A stretch of DNA of 64,000 nucleotides from Eledone cirrhosa (GCA_964016885.1 OZ024742.1:166160001-166224000), one strand, 5' to 3'; positions 1 through 12,025 are shown, counted from the first letter of the stretch. Notes: a model not told the origin generated them from the letters alone. Numbers and translations are program-made.

Positions 1-1757
1 AAATCAGGGGGAGATAATTTGTAAAAAAAATCAGGGGGAGATGATTTGTAAAAAAAATCAGGGGTAGATAATTTGTAAAAAAAAATCAGGGGGAGATAAT
101 TTGTAAAAAAAAATCAGGGGGAGATAATTTGTAAAAAAAATCAAGAGGAGATAATTTCCAGCCGTCCAAGGGGAGATAATTTTCAGCCGTCCAAGGGGAG
201 ATAATTTCCAGCCGTCCAAGGGGAGATAATTTCCATCCTTCCAAGGGGAGATAATTTCCAGCCGTCCAAGGGGAGATAATTTCCCGCCAACCAAGGGAAG
301 ATAATTTTTAAAAAAATCAGGCGGAGATTGTAAAAAAAATCAGGGGGAGATAATTTGTAAAAAAATCAGGGGGAGATAATTTGTAAAAAAAAAATCAGGG
401 GGAGATAATTTGTAAAAAAAATCAGGGGGAGATAATTTGTAAAAAAAAATCAAGGGGAGATAATTTGTACAAAAAATCAGGGCTATATAATTTGTAAAAA
501 AAAATCAGGGGGAGATAATTTGTAAAAAAAAATCAGGGGGAGATAATTTGTAAAAAAAATCAAGGGGAGATAATTTGCAGCCGTCCAAGGGGAGATAATT
601 TTCAGCCGTCCAAGGAGAGGTAATTTCTAGCCGTCCAAGGTGAGATAATATCCAGCCGTCCAAGGGGAGATAATTTCCAGCCGTCCAAGGGGAGATAATT
701 TTAAAAAAAAAACAGGCGAAGATAATTTGTAAAAAAAAAATCAGGGGGAGATAATTTGTAAAAAAAAATCAGGGGGAGATAATTTGTAAAAAAAATCAGG
801 GGGAGGTAATTTGTAAAAAAAATCAAGGGGAGATAATTTCCAGCCGTCCAAGGGAAGATAATTTCCAGCCCTCCAAGGGGCTATAATTTCCAGCGTCCAA
901 GGGGAGATAATTTCCAGCCAGCGAAGGGGAGATAATTTTTTTTTTTTTAAATCAGGGGGACATAATTTGTAAAAAAAAATCAGGGGGAGATAATTTGTAA
1001 AAAAAATCAAGGGGAGATAATTTGTAAAAAAAAATCAGGGGGAGATAATTTGTAAAAAAAAATCAGGGGGAGATAATTTGTAAATAAAATTAAGGGGAGA
1101 TAATTTGTAAAAAAAAATCAAGGGGAGATAATTTCCAGCCGTCCAAGGAGAGGTAATTTCTAGACGTCCAAGGGGAGATAATTTCCAGCCGTCCAAGGGG
1201 AGATAATTTCCAGCCGTCCAAGGGTAGATAATATCCAGCCGTCCAAGGAGACATAGTTTCCAGCTTTCCAAGGAGAGGTAATTTCTAGCCGTCCAAGGGG
1301 AGATAAATTCCAGCCTCCAAGGGGAGATAATTTCCAGCCAGCCAAGGGGAGATAATTTGTAAAAAAAATCAGGGGGAGATAATTTGTAAAAAAAATCAGG
1401 GGGAGATAATTTGTAAAAAAAATCAGGGGGAGATAATTTCCAGCCGTCCAAGGGGAGATAATTTTCAGCCGTCCAAGGGGAGATAATTTCCCGCCAGCCA
1501 AGGGAAGATAATATTTAAAAAATGAGGCGGAGATAATTTGTAAAAAAAATCAGGGGGAGATAATTTGTAAAAAAATCAGGGGGAGATAATTTGTAAAAAA
1601 AAAATCAGGGGGAGATAATTTGTAAAAAAAATCAGGGGGAGATAATTTGTAAAAAAAATCAGGGGTAGATAATTTTTAAAAAAAAATCAGGGGGAGATAA
1701 TTTGTAAAAAAAATCAGGGGGAGATAATTTATAAAAAAAATCAAGGGGAGATAATTT

Positions 1758-2290
1758 CCAGCCGTCCAAGGGAAGATAATTTCAAGCCCTCCAAGGGGCT
1801 ATAATTTCCAGTGTCCAAGGGGAGATAATTTCCAGCCAGCGAAGGGGAGATAATTTTTTTTTAAAAATCAGGGGGAGATTTGTAAAAAAAATCAGGGGGA
1901 GATAATTTGTAAAAAAAATCAAAGGGAGATAATTTCCAGCCGTCCAAAGAGATAATTTCTAGCCGTCCAAGGGGAGATAATTTCGAGCCAAGGGGAGATA
2001 ATTTCCAGCCGTCCAAGGGGAGATAATTTTTTAAAAAATCAGGTGGAGATAATTTGTAAAAAAAATCAGGGGGAGATAATTTGTAAAAACAAAATCAAGG
2101 GCAGATAATTTCCAGCTGTCCAAGGGGAGATAAATTCCAGCCGTGCAAGGGGAGATAATTTCCAGCCGTCCAAGGGGAGATAATTTCCATCCTTCCAAGG
2201 GGAGATAATTTCCAGCCGTCCAAGGGGAGATAATTTCCCGCCAGCCAAGGGAAGATAATTTTTTAAAAAATCAGGCGGAGATTGTAAAAA
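1758..2290 (+). repeat. Higher-order repeat marker module, lineage X
   Basis: Diagnostic variants TTCAAGCCCT, GGGGGAGATTTGT, CCAAAGAGAT, CGAGCCAAG and CCGTGCAAG. Recurs near 19.0, 23.2, 30.2, 34.2, 42.7, 49.7 and 53.2 kb. Confidence 0.9.
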
Positions 2291-5200
2291 AAATCAGGGG
2301 GAGATAATTTGTAAAAAAATCAGGGGGAGATAATTTGTAAAAAAATCAAGGGGAGATAATTTCCAGCTGTCCAAGGGGAGGTAATATCTAGCCGTCCAAG
2401 GGGAGATAATTTCCAGCCGTCCAAGGGGAGATAATTTCCAGCCGTCCAAGGGTAGATAATATCCAGCCGTCCAAGGAGACATATTTTCCAGCCGTCCAAG
2501 GAGAGGTAATTTCTAGCCGTCCAAGGGGAGATAATTTCCAGCCGTCCAAGGGGAGATAATTTAAAAAAAAATCAGGCGGAGATAATTTGTAAAAAAAATC
2601 AAGGGGAGATAATTTGCAACCGTCCAAGGGGACATAATTTTCAGTCGTCCAAGGAGAGGTAATTTCTAGCCGTACAAGGGGAGATAATTTCCAGCCGTCC
2701 AAGGGGAGATAATTTCCAGCCGTCCAAGGGGAGATAATTTTTTTTTAAAAATCAGGCGGAGATAATTTGTAAAAAAAAAATCAGGGGGAGATAATTTGTA
2801 AAAAAAAATCAGGGGGAGATAATTTGTAAAAAAAAATCAGGGGGAGATAATTTGTAAAAAAAATCAAGGGGAGATAATTTCCAGCCGTCCAAGGGAAGAT
2901 AATTTCCAGCCCTCCAAGGGGCTATAATTTCCAGCGTCCAAGGGGAGATAATTTCCAGCCAGCGAAGGGGAGATAATTGTTTTAAAAAAATCATTGGGAG
3001 ATTTGTAAAAAAAATCAGGGGGAGATAATTAATAAAAAAAATCAAGGGGAGATAATTTCCAGCCGTCCAAGGGGAGGTAATATCTAGCCGTCCAAGGGGA
3101 GATAATTTCCAGCCGTCCAAGGGGAGATAATTTCCAGCCGTCCAAGGGTAGATAATATCCAGCCGTCCAAGGAGACATATTTTCCCGCCGTCCAAGGAGA
3201 GGTAATTTCTAGCCGTCCAAGGGGAGATAAATTCCAGCCTCCAAGGGGAGATAATTTCCAGCCAGCCAAGGGGAGATAATTTGTAAAAAAATCAGGGGGA
3301 GATAATTTGTAAAAAAAATCAGGGGTAGATAATTTGTAAAAAAAAATCAGGGGGAGATAATTTGTAAAAAAAAATCAGGGGGAGATAATTTGTAAAAAAA
3401 ATCAAGGGGAGATAATTTCCAGCCGTCCAAGGAGAGATAATTTAAAAAAAAAATCAGGCGGAGATAATTTGTAAAAAAAAATCAGGGGGAGATAATTTGG
3501 AAAAAAAAATCAGGGGGAGATAATTTGTAAAAAAAATCAAGGGGAGATAATTTCCAGCCGTCCAAGGGGAGATAATTTCCAGCCGTCCAAGGGGAGATAA
3601 TTTTTTAAAAAAAATCAGGCGGAGATAATTTGTAAAAAAAATCAGGGGGAGATAATTTGTAAAAAAAAATCAGGGGGAGATAATTTGTAAAAAAAAATCA
3701 GGGGTAGATAATTTGTAAAAAAAAATCAGGGGGAGATAATTTGTAAAAAAAAATCAGGGGGAGATAATTTGTAAAAAAAATCAGGGGGAGATAATTTGTA
3801 AAAAAAAATCAGGGGGAGATAATTTCCGGCCGTCCAAGGGGAGATAATTTTCAGCCGTCCAAGGGGAGATAATTTCCCGCCAGCCAAGGGAAGATAATAT
3901 TTAAAAAAATCAGGCGGAGATAATTTGTAAAAAAAATCAGGGGGAGATAATTTGTAAAAAAATCAGGGGGAGATAATTTGTAAAAAAAATCAAGGGGAGA
4001 TAATTTCCAGCCGTCCAAGGGGAGGTAATATCTAGCCGTCCAAGGGGAGATAATTTCCAGCCGTCCAAGAGGAGATAATTTCCAGCCGTCCAAGGGTAGA
4101 TAATATCCAGCCGTCCAAGGAGACATATTTTCCAGCCGTCCAAGGAGAGGTAATTTCTAGCCGTCCAAGGGGAGATAAATTCCAGCCTCCAAGGGGAGAT
4201 AATTTCCAGCCAGCCAAGGGGAGATAATTTGTAAAAAAAATCAGGGGGAGATAATTTGTAAAAAAAATCAGGGGGAGATAATTTGTAAAAAAATCAGGGG
4301 GAGATAATTTGTAAAAAAAAATCAGGGGGAGATAATTTGTAAAAAAAATCAGGGGGAGATGATTTGTAAAAAAAAATCAGGGGTAGATAATTTGTAAAAA
4401 AAAATCAGGGGGTGATAATTTGTAAAAAAAAATCAGGGGGAGATAATTTGTAAAAAAAATCAAGGGGAGATAATTTCCAGCCGTCGAAGGGAAGATAATT
4501 TCCAGCCCTCCAAGGGGCTATAATTTCCAGCGTCCAAGGGGAGATAATTTCCAGCCGTCCAAGGGGAGATAATTTCCAGCCGTCCAAGGGTAGATAATAT
4601 CCAGCCGTCCAAGTAGACATTTTCCAGCCGTCCAAGGAAAGGTAATTTCTAGCCGTCCAAGGGGAGATAAATTCCAGCCTCCAAGGGGAGATAATTTCCA
4701 GCCAGCCAAGGGGAGATAATTTGTAAAAAAATCAGGGGGAGATAATTTGTAAAAAAAATCAGGGGGAGATAATTTGTAAAAAAAAATCAGGGGGAGATAA
4801 TTTGTAAAAAAAATCAGGGGGAGATAATTTGTAAAAAAAATCAAGGGGAGATAATTTCCAGCCGTCCAAGGGGAGATAATTTTCAGCCGTCCAAGGGGAG
4901 ATAATTTCCAGCCGTCCAAGGGGAGATAATTTCCATCCTTCCAAGGGGAGATAATTTCCAGCCGTCCAAGGGGAGATAATTTTCAGCCGTCCAAGGGGAG
5001 ATAATTTCCCGCCAGCCAAGGGAAGATAATATTTTAAAAAATCAGGCGGAGATAATTTGTAAAAAAAATCAGGGGGAGATAATTTATAAAAAAATCAGGG
5101 GGAGATAATTTGTAAAAAAAAAATCAGGGGGAGATAATTTGTAAAAAAAATCAGGGGGAGATAATTTGTAAAAAAAATCAGGGGTAGATAATTTGTAAAA

Positions 5201-5413
5201 AAAAATCAGGGGGAGATAATTTGTAAAAAAAAAATCAGGGGGAGATAATTTGTAAAAAAAATCAAGGGGAGATAATTTCCAGCCGTCCAAGGAGAGATAA
5301 TTTTTAAAAAAAATCAGGCGGAGATAATTTGTAAAAAAAAATCAAGGGGAGATAATTTGTAAAAAAAAATCAAGGGGAGATAATTTGTAAAAAAAATCAA
5401 GGGGAGATAATTT

Positions 5414-5945
5414 CCAGCCGTCCAAGGGAAGATAATTTCCAGCACTCCAAGGGGCTATAATTTCCAGTGTCCAAGGGGAGATAATTTCCAGCCAGCGAAG
5501 GGGAGATAATTTTTTTAAAAAATCAGGGGGAGATATGTAAAAAAAATCAGAGGGAGATAATTTCTAAAAAAAATCAAAGGGAGATAATTTCCAGCCGTCC
5601 AAAGAGAGATAATTTCTAGCCGTCCAAGGGGAGATAATTTCCAGCCAAGGGGAGATAATTTCCAGCCGTCCAAGGGGAGATAATTATTTAAAAAATCAGG
5701 TGGAGATAATTTGTAAAAAAAATCAGGGGGAGATAATTTGTAAAAACAAAATCAAGGGCAGATAATTTCCAGCTGTCCAAGGGGAGATAATTTCCAGCCG
5801 TGCAAGGGGAGATAATTTCCAGCCGTCCAAGGGGAGATAATTTCCATCCTTCCAAGGGGAGATAATGTCCAGCCGTCCAAGGGGAGATAATTTCCCGCCA
5901 GCCAAGGGAAGATAATTTTTAAAAAAATCAGGCGGAGATTGTAAA
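5414..5945 (+). repeat. Higher-order repeat marker module, lineage Y
   Basis: Diagnostic variants CCAGCACT, GAGATATGT, TCAGAGGGAG, CCAAAGAGAGAT, the 21-bp CCAGCCAAG unit and GATAATGTCC. Recurs near 9.4, 13.6, 15.6, 26.8, 46.4, 57.5 and 61.5 kb. Confidence 0.9.
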
Positions 5946-6368
5946 AAAAATCAGGGGGAGATAATTTGTAAAAAAAAAATCAGGGGGAGATAATTTGTAA
6001 AAAAAATCAGGGGTAGATAATTTGTAAAAAAAAATCAGGGGGAGATAATTTGTAAAAAAAATCAGGGGGAGATAATTTCTAAAAAAATCAAGGGGAGATA
6101 ATATGCAGCCGTCCAAGGGGAGATAATTTTCAGCCGTCCAAGGAGAGGTAATTTCTAGCCGTCCAAGGGGAGATAATTTCCAGCCGTCCAAGGGGAGATA
6201 ATTTCCAGCCGTCCAAGGGGAGATAGTTTTTTTAAAAAAATCAGGCGGAGATAATTTGTAAAAAAAAAATCAGGGGGAGATAATTTGTAAAAAAAAATCA
6301 GGGGGAGATAATTTGTAAAAAAAATCAGGGGGAGATAATTAGTAAAAAAAATCAAGGGGAGATAATTT

Positions 6369-6592
6369 CCAGCCGTCCAAGGGGAGGTAATATCTAGCCG
6401 TCCAAGGGGAGATAATTTCCAGCCGTCCAAGGGGAGATAATTTCCAGCCGTCCAAGGGTAGATAATATCCAGCCGTCCAAGTAGACATATTTTCCAGCCG
6501 TCCAAGGAGAGGTAATTTCTAGCCGTCCAAGGGGAGATAAATTCCAGCCTCCAAGGGGAGATAATTTCCAGCCAGCCAAGGGGAGATAATTT
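6369..6592 (+). repeat. Example type-B block: 9-monomer ordered variant cassette (224 bp)
   Basis: Units of CCAGCCGTCCAAGGGGAGATAATTT with fixed-order variants: GGTAATATCTAG, GGGTAGATAATAT, AGACATATTTT, GGAGAGGTAATTTCTAG, ATAAATT, 24-bp CCAGCCT and CCAGCCAG. Confidence 0.93.
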
Positions 6593-9500
6593 GTAAAAAA
6601 ATCAGGGGGAGATAATTTGTAAAAAAAATCAGGGGGAGATAATTTGTAAAAAAAAATCAGGGGGAGATAATTTGTAAAAAAAATCAAGGGGAGATAATTT
6701 GTAAAAAAAAATCAGGGGGAGATAATTTGTAAAAAAAAATCAGGGGGAGATAATTTGTAAAAAAAAATCAGGGGGAGATAATTTGTAAAAAAAATCAAGG
6801 GGAGATAATTTCCAGCCGTCCAAGGAGAGATAATTTTAAAAAAAAATCAGGCGGAGATAATTTGTAAAAAAAATCAGGGGGAGATAATTTGTAAAAAAAA
6901 ATCAGGGGGAGATAATTTGTAAAAAAAAATCAGGGGGAGATAATTTCCAGCCGTCCAAGGTAAGATAATTTCCAGCCCTCCAAGGGGCTATAATTTCCAG
7001 CCGTCCAAGGGTAGATAATATCCAGCCGTCCAAGTAGACATATTTTCCAGCCGTTCAAGGAGAGGTAATTTCTAGCCGTCCAAGGGGAGATAAATTCCAG
7101 CCTCCAAGGGGAGATAATTTCCAGCCAGCCAAGGGGAGATAATTTGTAAAAAAATCAGGGGGAGATAATTTGTAAAAAAAATCAGGGGGAGATAATTTGT
7201 AAAAAAAAATCAGGGGGAGATAATTTGTAAAAAAAAATCAGGGGGAGATAATTTGTAAAAAAAAATCAGGGGGAGATAATTTGTAAAAAAAATCAAGGGG
7301 AGATAATTTCCAGCCGTCCAAGGGGAGATAATTTTCAGCCGTCCAAGGGGAGATAATTTCCAGCCGTCCAAGGGTAGATAATTTCCATCCTTCCAAGGGG
7401 AGATAATTTCCAGCCGTCCAAGGGGAGATAATTTTCAGCCGTCCAAGGGGAGATAATTTCCCGCCAGCCAAGGGAAGATAATATTTTAAAAAATCAGGCG
7501 GAGATAATTTGTAAAAAAAATCAGGGGGAGATAATTTGTAAAAAAATCAGGGGGAGATAATTTGTAAAAAAAAAATCAGGGGGAGATAATTTGTAAAAAA
7601 AATCAGGGGGAGATAATTTGTAAAAAAAAATCAGGGGTAGATAATTTGTAAAAAAAAATCAGGGGGAGATAATTTGTAAAAAAAAATCAGGGGGAGATAA
7701 TTTGTAAAAAAAATCAGGGGGATATAATTTGTAAAAAAAAATCAGGGGGAGATAATTTCCGGCCGTCCAAGGGGAGATAATTTTCAGCCGTCCAAGGGGA
7801 GATAATTTCCCGCCAGCCAAGGGAAGATAATATTTAAAAAAATCAGGCGGAGATAATTTGTAAAAAAAATCAGGGGGAGATAATTTGTAAAAAAATCAGG
7901 GGGAGATAATTTGTAAAAAAAATCAAGGGGAGATAATTTCCAGCCGTCCAAGGGGAGGTAATATCTAGCCGTCCAAGGGGAGATAATTTCCAGCCGTCCA
8001 AGTGGAGATAATTTCCAGCCGTCCAAGGGTAGATAATATCCAGCCGTCCAAGGAGACATATTTTCCAGCCGTCCAAGGAGAGGTAATTTCTAGCCGTCCA
8101 AGGGGAGATAAATTCCAGCCTCCAAGGGGAGATAATTTCCAGCCAGCCAAGGGGAGATAATTTGTAAAAAAAATCAGGGGGAGATAATTTGTAAAAAAAA
8201 TCAGGGGGAGATAATTTGTAAAAAAATCAGGGGGAGATAATTTGTAAAAAAAAAATCAGGGGGAGATAATTTGTAAAAAAAATCAGGGGGAGATGATTTG
8301 TAAAAAAAAATCAGGGGTAGATAATTTGTAAAAAAAAATCAGGGGGTGATAATTTGTAAAAAAAAATCAGGGGGAGATAATTTGTAAAAAAAATCAAGGG
8401 GAGATAATTTCCAGCCGTCGAAGGGAAGATAATTTCCAGCCCTCCAAGGGGCTATAATTTCCAGCGTCCAAGGGGAGATAATTTCCAGCCGTCCAAGGGG
8501 AGATAATTTCCAGCCGTCCAAGGGTAGATAATATCCAGCCGTCCAAGTAGACATTTTCCAGCCGTCCAAGGAGAGGTAATTTCTAGCCGTCCAAGGGGAG
8601 ATAAATTCCAGCCTCCAAGGGGAGATAATTTCCAGCCAGCCAAGGGGAGATAATTTGTAAAAAAATCAGGGGGAGATAATTTGTAAAAAAAATCAGGGGG
8701 AGATAATTTGTAAAAAAAAATCAGGGGGAGATAATTTGTAAAAACAATCAGGGGGAGATAATTTGTAAAAAAAATCAGGGGGAGATAATTTGTAAAAAAA
8801 ATCAAGGGGAGATAATTTCCAGCCGTCCAAGGGGAGATAATTTTCAGCCGTCCAAGGGGAGATAATTTCCAGCCGTCCAAGGGGAGATAATTTCCATCCT
8901 TCCAAGGGGAGATAATTTCCAGCCGTCCAAGGGGAGATAATTTCCCGCCAGCCAAGGGAAGATAATATTTTAAAAAATCAGGCGGAGATAATTTGTAAAA
9001 AAAATCAGGGGGAGATAATTTGTAAAAAAATCAGGGGGAGATAATTTGTAAAAAAAAAATCAGGGGGAGATAATTTGTAAAAAAAATCAGGGGGAGTTAA
9101 TTTGTAAAAAAAAATCAGGGGTAGATAATTTGTAAAAAAAAATCAGGGGGAGATAATTTGTAAAAAAAAAATCAGGGGGAGATAATTTGTAAAAAAAATC
9201 AAGGGGAGATAATTTCCAGCCGTCCAAGGAGAGATAATTTTTAAAAAAAATCAGGCGGAGATAATTTGTAAAAAAAAATCAAGGGGAGATAATTTGTAAA
9301 AAAAAATCAAGGGGAGATAATTTGTAAAAAAAATCAAGGGGAGATAATTTCCAGCCGTCCAAGGGAAGATAATTTCCAGCACTCCAAGGGGCTATAATTT
9401 CCAGTGTCCAAGGGGAGATAATTTCCAGCCAGCGAAGGGGAGATAATTTTTTTAAAAAAATCAGGGGGAGATATGTAAAAAAAATCAGAGGGAGATAATT

Positions 9501-11640
9501 TCTAAAAAAAATCAAAGGGAGATAATTTCCAGCCGTCCAAAGAGAGATAATTTCTAGCCGTCCAAGGGGAGATAATTTCCAGCCAAGGGGAGATAATTTC
9601 CAGCCGTCCAAGGGGAGATAATTATTTAAAAAATCAGGTGGAGATAATTTGTAAAAAAAATCAGGGGGAGATAATTTGTAAAAACAAAATCAAGGGCAGA
9701 TAATTTCCAGCTGTCCAAGGGGAGATAATTTCCAGCCGTGCAAGGGGAGATAATTTCCAGCCGTCCAAGGGGAGATAATTTCCATCCTTCCAAGGGGAGA
9801 TAATGTCCAGCCGTCCAAGGGGAGATAATTTCCCGCCAGCCAAGGGAAGATAATTTTTAAAAAAATCAGGCGGAGATTGTAAAAAAAATCAGGGGGAGAT
9901 AATTTGTAAAAAAAAAATCAGGGGGAGATAATTTGTAAAAAAAATCAGGGGTAGATAATTTGTAAAAAAAAATCAGGGGGAGATAATTTGTAAAAAAAAA
10001 TCAGGGGGAGATAATTTCTAAAAAAATCAAGGGGAGATAATATGCAGCCGTCCAAGGGGAGATAATTTTCAGCCGTCCAAGGAGAGGTAATTTCTAGCCG
10101 TCCAAGGGGAGATAATTTCCAGCCGTCCAAGGGGAGATAATTTCCAGCCGTCCAAGGGGAGATAGTTTTTTTAAAAAAATCAGGCGGAGATAATTTGTAA
10201 AAAAAAAATTTGGGGGAGATAATTTGTAAAAAAAAATCAGGGGGAGATAATTTGTAAAAAAAAATCAGGGGGAGATAATTTGTAAAAAAAATCAGGGGGA
10301 GATAATTAGTAAAAAAAATCAAGGGGAGATAATTTCCAGCCGTCCAAGGGGAGGTAATATCTAGCCGTCCAAGGGGAGATAATTTCCAGCCGTCCAAGGG
10401 GAGATAATTTCCAGCCGTCCAAGGGTAGATAATATCCAGCCGTCCAAGTAGACATATTTTCCAGCCGTCCAAGGAGAGGTAATTTCTAGCCGTCCAAGGG
10501 GAGATAAATTCCAGCCTCCAAGGGGAGATAATTTCCAGCCAGCCAAGGGGAGATAATTTGTAAAAAAATCAGGGGGAGATAATTTGTAAAAAAAATCAGG
10601 GGGAGATAATTTGTAAAAAAAAATCAGGGGGAGATAATTTGTAAAAAAAAATCAGGGGGAGATAATTTGTAAAAAAAATCAAGGGGAGATAATTTGTAAA
10701 AAAAAATCAGGGGGAGATAATTTGTAAAAAAAAATCAGGGGGAGATAATTTGTAAAAAAAAATCAGGGGGAGATAATTTGTAAAAAAAATCAAGGGGAGA
10801 TAATTTCCAGCCGTCCAAGGAGAGATAATTTAAAAAAAAAATCAGGCGGAGATAATTTGTAAAAAAAAATCAGGGGGAGATAATTTGTAAAAAAAAATCA
10901 GGGGGAGATAATTTGTAAAAAAAATCAAGGGGAGATAATTTCCAGCCGTCCAAGGGGAGATAATTTCCAGCCGTCCAAGGGGAGATAATTTTTTTAAAAA
11001 AATCAGGCGGAGATAATTTGTAAAAAAAATCAGGGGGAGATAATTTGTAAAAAAAAATCAGGGGGAGATAATTTGTAAAAAAAAATCAGGGGGAGATAAT
11101 TTCCAGCCGTCCAAGGTAAGATAATTTCCAGCCCTCCAAGGGGCTATAATTTCCAGCCGTCCAAGGGTAGATAATATCCAGCCGTCCAAGTAGACATATT
11201 TTCCAGCCGTCCAAGGAGAGGTAATTTCTAGCCGTCCAAGGGGAGATAAATTCCAGCCTCCAAGGGGAGATAATTTCCAGCCAGCCAAAGGGAGATAATT
11301 TGTAAAAAAATCAGGGGGAGATAATTTGTAAAAAAAATCAGGGGGAGATAATTTGTAAAAAAAAATCAGGGGGAGATAATTTGTAAAAAAAAATCAGGGG
11401 GAGATAATTTGTAAAAAAAAATCAGGGGGAGATAATTTGTAAAAAAAATCAAGGGGAGATAATTTCCAGCCGTCCAAGGGGAGATAATTTTCAGCCGTCC
11501 AAGGGGAGATAATTTCCAGCCGTCCAAGGGGAGATAATTTCCATCCTTCCAAGGGGAGATAATTTCCAGCCGTCCAAGGGGAGATAATTTTCAGCCGTCC
11601 AAGGGGAGATAATTTCCCGCCAGCCAAGGGAAGATAATAT

Positions 11641-12025
11641 TTTAAAAAATCAGGCGGAGATAATTTGTAAAAAAAATCAGGGGGAGATAATTTGTAAAAA
11701 AAAAATCAGGGGGAGATAATTTGTAAAAAAAATCAGGGGGAGATAATTTGTAAAAAAAAATCAGGGGTAGATAATTTGTAAAAAAAAATCAGGGGGAGAT
11801 AATTTGTAAAAAAAATCAGGGGGAGATAATTTGTAAAAAAAATCAGGGGGAGATAATTTGTAAAAAAAATCAGGGGGAGATAATTTGTAAAAAAAAATCA
11901 GGGGTAGATAATTTGTAAAAAAAAATCAGGGGGAGATAATTTGTAAAAAAAAATCAGGGGGAGATAATTTGTAAAAAAAATCAGGGGGAGATAATTTGTA
12001 AAAAAAAATCAGGGGGAGATAATTT
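11641..12025 (+). repeat. Example type-A block (~14 monomers of GT(A)7-10TCAGGGGGAGATAATTT), the longest A run noticed
   Basis: Read directly. It is 111 bp (4 monomers) longer than the homologous block near 7490-7758: the marker offset changes from 4156 to 4267. Confidence 0.92.

Larger units (their letters stand above)
1..6680 (+). repeat. Block repeated at offset 21,430 (copy ~21431-28080; third copy ~40970-47650)
   Basis: 58/21488, 741/22171 and 2809/24239 are offset by 21430; 4405/25836 by 21431; 6155/27558 by 21403. The rare GGAAAGGT variant is shared at ~4639 and ~26070. Confidence 0.9.

Noticed and set aside
931-951. T13 tract as a terminator or retroposon tail
   Set aside because: No preceding hairpin and no target-site duplication. 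It is a slipped junction monomer repeated with the HOR.
10200-10220. TTTGGGGG in place of TCAGGGGG, extending an ORF to 175 aa
   Set aside because: A private double substitution absent from the 62.3 kb copy. The stop loss is incidental.
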